From assembly GCA_951406725.2 (NCBI GenBank), contig OX597814.1:53196001-53260000 (forward strand): a stretch of 64,000 nucleotides of DNA, written 5' to 3'. The notes beneath the pieces were generated by a model. It did no database searches. It saw only the letters and a list, made by a program, of their open reading frames with translations, and was not told the origin of the DNA. How positions within the stretch are numbered: position 1 is the stretch's first letter; each line of letters begins with the position of its first letter. Shown here one piece after another: positions 53,466 to 64,000 of this stretch. Origin of the DNA: Octopus vulgaris. Its lineage: Eukaryota. The position numbers and the translations under genes were made by a program.

Positions 53466-55520
53466 ATAAGGGTAAATACAATGAAGGTCTCAGTATTCAG
53501 GATTTGAATCATCTTTGTGCTTGGAAGGTAGAATTACTTGCAGAGGTTCATCAACTACCAAGTGATAAACTTACTCCACTAGAATGGAATTCTGTCAGAC
53601 AACGACATTAAACTGTCACTAGTATTCTTAGAAGACTTGTTGGCTATTTCTCATAAATAGGTGGCCTGAATTGCATATAATTAATGCATAACGGAATGTA
53701 AAAGGAAAAACATGAAAATCCACTCGCCCATTTCACTCTAAAGTTTAGTTAAACAGTATCTACGCTCCAGAACGGTGGCAAGAACCATGTTCGTGACACG
53801 GCATTCTCATTTCATTTAACTCTTGCTCGTACACGTCTCTCTTATTGAGGTAGTTCAGGCCTTACATTTGTTAAGTCCTTTTCACATTCATTTTGCAATG
53901 TGACACCGGCTAAAATGAAGTTCACGTCTTAGGTAATACTCGTAGAATTTCATTTTGTAAAACTTGCTAAGGGAATAGAACAAGAACAACACATACTACT
54001 TACCACTTCATGACTGTGCATTTGACTTTAGAAAATGTAATTTTAGAATTTACAGGGAATTACAATCTATCTATATCAGCACGGAATAAACAGGGAATAT
54101 AAACATTGAAGATGAAATACATTTCCAGCTCATATTAAAGGTCAAATACTTACAAAGTCTCATCAACAACAATAACTAGTTTCTCCTAATACTGTATTGT
54201 ATTCTTTTGGATCGAGTAACAATGGCGTCTCATATTTTCCCACTCCAGTTAATCTAAAAGATGCCATTTGCAATACTCCTACTAAACGAAATTAAATATG
54301 GCTTTGTTATTTGCTGAGCATATCAATTACAAGTCAATGGTAATTACAAAAGGATATGTTAATGTTACGTATATATTTTTGTCATAATCCGAAACAACCT
54401 GTTAGATTTGCTAATATATCATTATAACAAACTGTGATGAAAAAATAATTTAGTTTGTAATTACGCCAGAAATGGCTGGGAGATTATGCAAGCATACACA
54501 CGTACCATACAAGCATACACATGTATACATACGAACATACAGACACAAATGTAAGTGTATACATGTACGTATACACACATACATATACACTTACACAAAT
54601 ATGTATATCTATATGCGCATACATAAGTGTGTGTGCATATGTGTCTGAGTATACATGTAAGATAATGTGAAATGGTGTAGGTGTAAATGCTTGCTTTCTA
54701 AAATGGCATAACGATCTAAAACTTGATCTTTGCCTTCAATGAATAGCCATAGCAGTCTGAAAAAAAAGTTTTCTTTTTTGCTATTACTGTTGTTGGGTGT
54801 TATTTTTCTATTTTCTGTTTGTTTAACCCAGGACAGCCTTGATCGGGAAGACTTAGGAACAATGACATTTTTATTATGATTAAACCGTTTTATTTTCTTA
54901 TCAAAAATAGTACATTTTGGACTATATTATCTAATTATCTAGTATGCTTACATTTTTAAAGCTGGTAGAGTGTTATGTAAGTGTGATTTAACTTCTACAA
55001 TCTGCGCGTCCGGCGACCACGTAGCTACTATGCCGTTGTTTCGTTGTCGATGTTTTGTTTTGTAACATTTCATAGTATTGAAAAGATTGACCATTTGATG
55101 ATCCACCGACATATATACGCTTAGCACAAAAGGAGATAATTTATTTATATCAATTAGAGGTTAAAATAGGAAATTGTTCATTCATTACAAAGTTCTCACA
55201 TCTCCTCCAACTAGGTATATATATATTTACAGCTAAGAAGATTGTACTACGGATGCTGTATGGCATTGCAGTCGATCTAAGAGCTATTGATCTATCAATA
55301 AGCTATCAACTTAACCCAGAGGTAAACTTTTCAGCAAAGCGTGGAAACACAGACGGAGGTAAAATTTGAATATCTTTCCATTCGTATATTTATATACGCA
55401 AGTGTATACACACACAAACACACGGTCGCGTGCGCGCGTGATTTAGAATACATATTTATAATATCAGTAAAATCAATTGACTGAATTTCTGTGATAAATC
55501 ATATACATTAATATACTTTA

Positions 55521-55892
55521 TCTTTTACTTGTTTCAGTCATTGGACTGTACCCCATGCTCGGGCACTGCCTTGAAGAGTTTAGTCGAATAAATCAACTCA
55601 GTACTTACTTTTTAAAGCCTGACACTTTTTTTATCGGTCTGTTTAGCTGAACCGCTAAGCTACGGAGACGTAAGCAAACAAGCAGCAGTTGTCACATAGA
55701 CACAAACACATATAGATATACACATATCCACACCCATATATACGTATATACGTTTCCGTCAACCAAATCCATTCAGGAGCTCTTGGTCAACCCGGGACAA
55801 TAGTAAAAAACATTTGCCCACTTTAGTGTTGTGAGACTTAACCTAATACTACATGATTGGGAAGGAAGCTTCTTAACCACACAACACAGCCC
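55521..55892 (-). mobile_element. Diverged SINE family A
   Basis: Reverse-complement tail (TCTTTTACTTGTTTCAGTCATT) and body matches. Confidence 0.7.
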
Positions 55893-56254
55893 ATGTCTGA
55901 TACGTTTTATGGAAATTTGTGAGACTAGGAATTTGAAAGGTGTTGAAGTTGTTTTATTAACGGTATAAGAGAACTAAAATACTTTTCCAAGGGACCCGAA
56001 ACGGAAACCAAAGGTGGCCTCCGTTTGTAAAATAGTGGGCAACTCATTCACAATAGTGAGTGGACACACCTCCGCACAAACTATAAAATCCACCCATGAA
56101 TCAATTTTGCCATTACAACATGTGACGTTTGCTGAGTCTCCTTTCAACATAAAAGATACAGGCGTTTTATCTGAATAACCAAATTTTGGTAAAGACAGGG
56201 ATCCATCCATCCATCCCTCCGTACGTACGTACACACATGCCTACTTACATACAT

Positions 56255-56530
56255 GATGCTGATGATGGTGGTAGTCTCTTGAAGTCCGAGAAAGACGGTT
56301 TTTGCAATTTCTTGCTGAACTGCTTGCGCAAATTTGTTTATAGTGGTCAAATGTTTGTGCTGTGCATTAGCTCACTTCCGCTACCATCAAATGGACGTTG
56401 CTTGTACAGGTGCACGATGTAACACACATCACGTGTGGTAGCTATCGCACAGCAGCATGAAGTGAAGTGTTTTGCTGAAGAACACAGCGGACCAACCGGT
56501 CCAAGAATTGAAACCAGGATCTCACGATCA
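56255..56530 (-). mobile_element. SINE family C1 (head truncated)
   Basis: Colinear with 2917-3170. Confidence 0.65.
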
Positions 56531-57376
56531 TACATACGTACATAGGGGGAGAATTAACGAAAAAAATAAAAGACGAAGACAAGTGGTGTAGAAAACAAAC
56601 AGATGTATTAGTATAACGCTCGCAAATAGAAAAAGTCTTTAACGTTTCGAGCCTACGCTCTTCCACAAAGGAACACAGAAAGAAACAAAGAGAGAAAAAA
56701 TGTGTGTAGTGGCTAGCGATCTATCATGGCGAATGTACATACATACATACATATGTGCGTACATATGCACGTATGTACGTACACAAAACAATCTGATTTC
56801 ATTGTTCAGTATTTCACAGACCTTGGAATGAAATTTGTTAAGCCAGAATGTGTATTTTTGTTGATAATATGAAGGAAACATGGTATGCCCTTCTACTCTT
56901 CCTCTAGAAAAACTAAATATGAACTGCCTGGCAATACAATCTGGTGAGAATTATCAGTATTTATATCGGATAAGATATAGAATGCCAGGTTTTATGGATT
57001 TCTTGAGAAAGCAATTTCGGTTCTCTTACGCCATTAATGTAACAACTTCCAAACAGCTGTTTTTTTTCCGAATGCCATAAAATTATCAGCCATTAATAGA
57101 TAGATTTTATTTCAGGAATTCAAGCAAAAAAAAAAGAGGAACAAAAAAAACAAACAAACACTGTGGTCATCAAAATTCACAGCCTAATGTACATGCACAA
57201 AGCTCATAGCTGGTATTTACTGCCTTTTGTATAGAAATTACTCAATGGAGATATTTTGCTTCAGGGTTACGTAAGGTAACTTTCAAGGATGGGGAGATGC
57301 TATAAATTTATCGCTATTTCAAGCCAAGCTTTTAGTGTGATTTACTCCTTCGTGGCTTGCGGTTTTCATTTCAAAC

Positions 57377-57415
<39 letters not shown>

Positions 57416-57824
57416 CCCCACCCCCACACACACTACATATACATACATGTATGTATATTATACGTCTGGGTATACATATATATGTATGTATACATGTATG
57501 TATGGGTATATATGTGTATGTATACATACATACACATATATATTCATACGTACGTATGTATAGTAAACCTTGAGATCAATAGCCTCCCATTATTTCTATC
57601 GTTTCACTTAAATGTTTCAATATTTAAGTAATGATGAAAGTGTATCATACAAAGTTGTTGCAAACAAATGAAGAATGACCTGAGGATATGGTATCAGACA
57701 AATAAATATGGCCGTCGGCACTTTCTTCTTACAACAAGGCAGCTCACAATACATTTCAGCAACACTACTGTTCTCAATATTTAGGATAAATGACTGAGCT
57801 GTAGAGCAATACCACTCCATAAAA

Positions 57825-58203
57825 ATTGGTTTCAATTTTTGGCACAAGGCCAGCAATTTCAGGAGAGTGGAGAAGTCGATTAAATAGACCCCCAGCGCTC
57901 AACTGGTACTTATTTTATCAACTCCGAAAGGATGAAAGGTAAAGTCGACCTCGGTGGAATTTGAACTCAGAACGTAAAGACAAACGAAATACCTTTCTTT
58001 ACTACCCACAAGGGGTTAAACACAGAGAGGATAAACAAGGACAGACAAACGGATTAAGTCGATTATATCGACCCCAGTGCGTAACTGGTACTTATTTAAT
58101 CGACGCCGAAAGGATGAAAGGCGAAGTCGACCTCGGCGGAATTTGAACTCAGAACGTAGCGGCAGACGAAATACCGCTAAGTATTTTTCCCGGCGTGCTA
58201 ACA
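57825..58203 (-). mobile_element. Dimeric SINE family B
   Basis: Two ~180-bp head-to-tail units sharing the B-box and core. Confidence 0.8.
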
Positions 58204-58299
58204 ATTTTGAGATCCAGAAATCAGCCAGAGCTTCATTAAAAAATTATAATATTGAGAGCTAAAATGTAAATTTACATGCGTGTGTTTATTAGAATACAC

Positions 58300-58580
58300 A
58301 TGCCTGGCTCATAGGGCCGGTTTCTCGGTTTCCTTGGCGTATAGGTTTCCCCACCTGGACGGGACGCCGGTCCCTCGCGGGTGAGCTGCAAGATGCAGGA
58401 GGAAAAAGTGAGATAAAGTTGTGGCGAAAGAGTCATCAGAAGTTCGCCATTACCTTCTGCCGGAGCGCGTAGAGCTTAGGTGTTTCGCTCATAAACACAC
58501 ACATCGCCCGGTCTGAGATTCGAACCCGCGATCCCTTGACAGCGAGTCCGCTGCTCTAACCACTAGGCCACGTGCCTCCA
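58300..58580 (-). mobile_element. tRNA(Arg)-like-headed SINE with a V-domain-like 3' part
   Basis: TGGCCTAGTGGTTAGAGC..GACTCGC..GGGTTCGAATC head; GGACCGGCGTCCCGTCCAGG..GGAAACCG..CCCTATGAGCC resembles the V-SINE domain (from memory). Confidence 0.7.
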
Positions 58581-60904
58581 GATATATAAGTTTACATGGG
58601 AAAAATTGGACACCGTGGTAAAAGTACGTTTTTGTTCTTTGAGTCTAGAAAACAGATTGAACTCATTAGTTTCTGAATGTCTCATCAGAGATCTAACAGT
58701 AGAAAGAATAATAGCTTATAGCTATTCATGGAATATACACACGGGCAGAAGTCGATTAGTTTCTCTTCTTTGTAGAACAGTGCAAATGTAAATGGATTAA
58801 TTAGTAAACTCTCGGAAGCGCAATAGACAAGCAGACATATAATGTAAACGTACTAGCGTCTTTTGCTTTTAGCAAGCATACCTGTGATCTCGCTGAGAGA
58901 AAACAGATACCATAAATTAGTCTTGCTTGTTCTATAGCTGTATAGTGCTATTTAATTAAATAATTTAGTCATCCATGTTGAGCTTTGGTTGAATATGTAT
59001 GTATTGTAAATAAAACTATCAGTTAATATTCTTGTCAGGAACGAGCAGCCACACACGCACACACACACACACAACACACACACACAATCCCCCACATACA
59101 CACACTTCATGAGGTGCACGCAGAACAGCAAGAATTCAAACAATAATGTATGTGTTTATACTCAATACATTATGGCTGATTCAAATGTGCGGTTGTTTTT
59201 CATCATCCGAGAACGTCTCTTCCCTTTTAGACGGTGTTTGTTCATAACACACCCGATTCATCAATGTAAGGCGACTTTGAGGCACTACAATATTTCGACC
59301 TTATCGCATGTATCTTCAGTCAAAGCTATTCCGGAGCGATGAATCTAACAGGAGTACAGACTCTGGTTTTTTAAAATCAGCATAGAAATCATTTGCTGAC
59401 GCGTCTGACAAGCAAAAATAATACATGGTGTACACAGAAACAGCGAGAATCTAAATGATAACATATCTAATCAATTCCAATATGTTCTGGAACAACAGCG
59501 ATATTTACATTTGAATATCTGCCTGAATGCATTGAAAATGGATACTACACACACACACACACATTTCAGTGTTTTCCTATTTCACGTGTTCGCAGCAAAT
59601 GAAGCCACTTTTGATATTACACGCTGTTTATACGTGTGTGTACGTAAACATGAACAACATATTGAGATAATTCAGTCTTTGTTGATTCAAACGGGCAAGT
59701 GTACAACTGAATACAAATATCGTGACTCCTGTCTACTGCTTTAATTATCCGTGAATTATATTTTGTGTTTTTGTTGAATTTCTAAGAAATGGAAAGAACC
59801 TTTAGTGCGAAACACTGTTTGGACAAATTGAAGTATTACTGTAGAATGTATGGTAGTGGTTTAGTTTTCAGCTGCTTTCGCGAACCGCTTTTGGTTCCTG
59901 GTTCGTAGGTATTTTTTTAAAATTTAGTATATCGTTAAAAAAAGTTTTATCAAATGTCAGGACATTTTAAAGATATTGAAAGATATTGAAAGTTGTGAAA
60001 TTTACAATATTTTTTCCTAATTACCCATTGATAAATAATAGAAGTTAAAAAAAATAAAGAATTTATAATCCTATATACTAACCAAATTGCCTACGCTGCT
60101 TGGGTTTTGGTTTACTCCGGTCAACTGGCGATCCTCTGACCGTGCGTAAATTTGTATTGCATAATATAATTTTCATCTATCCTTGTATATGGTTGGTATA
60201 TTTGTTGAAAACTTAGTTGCTATGTATAAATATTAAAAATTGTATCCATTTCTTTGCAGGACGTAGTTACAATCCACAGATCTTTGGGTTATAGGCCCAG
60301 CATGTTTCCAATGTACTACACTCCTCAACGAGTAATTAGACAAATATATAATGTATCATTTGTTATATTGTCTGTTATGGGTTATATTTATTTCTATAAA
60401 CTCATCCATCATGTTATTTATTTTTCATCATATCTATACATTGGATTGTCAAATGCACAAAGCAGTAAACTACAAAATACACGCGGCGATACTGGGATGT
60501 TAATGTATTTACTGAAAGGTGATGTTTTATTCTGCCGATACACCGAAACCCATATTTGAAAAAATACAAAAAACATGTAGAGGATCTATGAGTTGTAAAT
60601 TTTTCCGGCTGTCTCTTCATTTATCATTTTCATATCAGCCAGAAGCAAACTAATAACGCAGCGCAGCATGCAGTTTCCTAGGCCACAGGAATTAAAAATG
60701 ACACATCTTTCAGTATCGATCACTTAATACTGCAGGAACAAAAATCTACAGAAGCATCATGACAAAAGACAGAATTATATTTAAAGACGTATTGGATGCC
60801 CCTTCTTTCTGCAAATACGATATTTTAAACGCGTGTGTCAAAACAACTTGATGCATCTTAGCATTATTAGTAAGCTGTTGCATATAGAAAAAAAACATAC
60901 ATGC

Positions 60905-61275
60905 ACTTCATATATATATATATATACATACACCCATATATATATACATACACACACACATATATATATACATACATATATACATACAAACACACACGTA
61001 TATATGTATATATATATATACACATATACGTATACATATATATATATACATATACGTATGTATGTATATATATATATATATATATATGTACATACACACA
61101 CATGCATATATATATATATACACACACACACATACGTATACATATATATATACAGATATACGTATGTATATATATATACATGCTTATATATACATACAAA
61201 CATATACATACATACATATATATACATACAAACATATACATACATACATATATATACATACATACATATATATAC

Positions 61276-61309
<34 letters not shown>

Positions 61310-61380
61310 TCATACATACATATGCATACATACATACATATACATACATACATATATATATATATATGCATATATATATA
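60905..61380. repeat. (TA/CA/TACA)n compound microsatellite
   Basis: Direct tandem low-complexity array. Confidence 0.95.
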
Positions 61381-62889
61381 CATAACTTTAACCTCAATAC
61401 ATCATCTTATCAAGCTTACCATAAACCTAATAACAATGTCACATACACACATGCACAAAGTAACCATCCTTATAATATTATAAATAATCTAACCTCTAAT
61501 ATAGAAAGTAGAATTAACCTATAATCATCCAACGAGAAACTTTTAACAAGCACAAAGACTATTATAATTTAGCACTTAGGAAGGCAGGATATAAATATCG
61601 AAGTAAGTACAGCAAAAACAACAACACCAATTCTAATTATCCCAAGAATTATCTAGATACTAACAATGCTAATCATATAACTGAACCCACATCAACTAGT
61701 AAATTAGAAAAACCAATAATATTCATCAGCAATACATTACCAACAAACACTAATCCTGCAACAACAATAAACATAATAATAAACTCTATAAATATGAGCA
61801 CGATAACCTCTCTAATAGAACGAATAATACTAATTTTACCAACCCAACCCACAAATCACCAAATACACTGTTAATAATGTAATCAAACCTAAGTATACAG
61901 ACAATAAATACCGAAAATAAATAACCATAGATAGAAATATGAACATGAAACCTACACACTTTAAAAATCAAACTTGTCCCGCTACTTCTCATTCTCCCAA
62001 TAACTCACATAACAACATAACTCTTATAATAAAGTTAGGAGTAATAATATAGAAAAAAGAAAGCTATACCACATGTACGAATAGATGACCCACAAAATAT
62101 AAACTACTGCGACAATAAAGAATACAACAATAACATCATTTAGATCATAATTCCTTTTGCAAAACATCTAAAATCTAATTTTATTAAATCCATTAGAAAC
62201 ATTATTAAAAAAAACTGTAAAACTCTGAATATCCAAAAATATTTAATAACAAAATGATCAGATTTGGATTTTCAGTATCTTCTAACCTATTTAGGATGAT
62301 CTCTTCATTTAACAATAGGAAACTAGACCAATTCTACAATTAAAAAAACCCTTCTAATATACATGCTAACCCCAATAATTCCATATCAAATAACAACAAT
62401 TATCAGAATAACATAACCTCAATTACCCTTAATACATATAGATATAACAATAGAGTACCAACTAATAGTTCTAATTGTAATTGTAGAAACCCAAATACTT
62501 GTGAGGTAGAAGGTAACTGTAAAATGAAAGCAACAATTATTACCCATAATCTCTCAAAATTTATTCACATTGGGTGTACACAAAATCCTTTTAAATTAAG
62601 ATTAAATAATCATAGATCATCTTTTAATGACCCTAGAAAAGAAAATAGCACAGGTCTATCCACAAAGGTTTGGCAACTGAAAAGAAGCAATATAGATTAC
62701 TTGATTTCTTGGAAAATTCTTTTTTCAACTCCACCCTATAGGCATAATAATAGGATCTGCAAATTATGCCTAGAAGAGAGTTATAAAATAATGAAAATGA
62801 ACGGTTCTCATGTAAATTCGAGAGATGAAAAAGCTTCTTCTTACAGACATATGTCAAAATTCCTTTTTCTCTACCAAGTTTTAAATTAA
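61381..62889 (+). mobile_element. Decayed Penelope-like element (RT C-terminus, linker, GIY-YIG)
   Basis: [91 protein letters not shown]. Confidence 0.85.
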
Positions 62890-63571
62890 GATTTTCTTCG
62901 TTTTGTTGGTAGTGTCTTATTTATTTCCGTGTTACCTTAGATTCTAAATGAGCTTAATATGATATTCTAAAATAGTATTTTTATGCATGATCACTTTCAA
63001 ATTAGTTACATCAATGACATTAGACCTAATATTATACACACTTAGTCAAAATACTGTGTTTGCCTAGGTGAAACTCAGTAGGTATTCTAAGAAAGGGACG
63101 TTTTCTTACATTTTCTATAACAATTAAAATGTGAACTTTTGAAGAATTATTCAACTAGCATGCAGATGGATGGAAAATTTTAAGATTTCACTTATATTTT
63201 ACTTCAATTCAATCTGGGGGTGGAGAGAAAAAGTCTGAATTTAAAAGGTATTTCTTATATTTACCGTTTCAGCAACATTGTATCCTGGTTTAAGTTTTAT
63301 TATTCATGAGAATCAGTGAATAATTTTCTTTTTAATTCTTGGAAAGCTAAATAATTTGCTGGTCTTTTAAAAGAGAGGTAGCTGACTAGACTTGTGATTC
63401 CATTGAAAGATATTTAGAATTCATTTTTTTTAGATAGTGTTTTATTATAAGCAGAGTATATTATTCTGCTGGAGAAAACTAAAGAGTTTGATCTTTTCGT
63501 TGAATCTACTTGATTGTGATAAATATTTGTATATGCAAAACCATCCAGATCTCTGAATACCGTATTTTTTC

Positions 63572-63622
<51 letters not shown>

Positions 63623-63660
63623 TACATATATACATACATGCATATACTCATATATATATC

Positions 63661-63965
63661 CCTTTTCAAAATAAATGCGGATATGAACTGCAAAACGCAA
63701 AACCTCATATACTGCATTACCTGCCCAAACTGCTAAGAAAATTACATTGGCGAAGCAAATAATTCCCTCTGCCAACGTGCAAGAATCCACAGGTAACATA
63801 TCCGACAAGAGGAATTATGCAAAATTCCATTAAGTAAGAATATGGAAATATGCAGCGATGGAAAATTCAAAGATTTTCCCCTTTACAAATGTGCACGGGA
63901 TGATCTGCAATACCAAGAAGCAATGGAACTACATACCACCAAAAAATTCTCTCCAAAATTGAATG
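63661..63965 (+). pseudogene. Penelope-like GIY-YIG endonuclease fragment
   Basis: MNCKTQNLIYCITCPNC*ENYIGE...FPFYKCARDD..AMELH..KKFSPKLN; homologous to 36550-36815. Confidence 0.8.
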
Positions 63966-64000
63966 TTTGAAGAGATTAACGAATATCGGCTCCATAGTCA

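Noticed and set aside
51588-53616. A 62-aa ORF reconstituted if the LINE is removed at the ATAAG TSD
   Set aside because: Short, without motifs, and compatible with chance
55974-56234. Frames open on both strands for ~70 codons
   Set aside because: No motif and no convincing splice-site pair
58500-58580. tRNA-Arg-like sequence, and other tRNA-like heads
   Set aside because: Acceptor stem is not complete and it continues directly into a SINE body; not a tRNA gene
58655-58692. CUGAUGA..GAAA on the minus strand (similar weak hits at 28741, 46410-46445 and 51095-51130)
   Set aside because: Stem I and/or stem II do not form convincingly

Overview
AT-rich, microsatellite-dense eukaryotic DNA, mostly intronic or intergenic. 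The SINE families and a mollusc-type 5S fragment point to an octopus or other coleoid cephalopod (inference). Three in-frame minus-strand exons (43729-43550, 36095-35898, 34147-33931) encode part of a flavin-dependent monooxygenase-like protein with DG and GD motifs. The rest is mainly mobile DNA: a decayed Tc1 (DD34E) element, three CR1/L2-like LINE 3' fragments, Penelope-like RT/GIY-YIG remnants, two Helitron-like non-autonomous elements, MITEs and many tRNA-derived SINEs. The most notable signal is a cluster of ~357-nt non-coding repeat units (42266-44052), each carrying a type I hammerhead ribozyme, arranged in tandem and inverted around a host exon; this looks like a non-LTR retrozyme / Penelope-LTR-like system. 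Several unrelated minimal hammerheads lie elsewhere in the window. Also notable are a 5S-rRNA-headed SINE candidate and a 3' tail shared between a LINE and a SINE family. About 24.3-33.8 kb looks like low-quality consensus, including a probable false duplication beside a 100-N gap. All calls were made by eye; no database searches or folding programs were run, and repeat boundaries are approximate.
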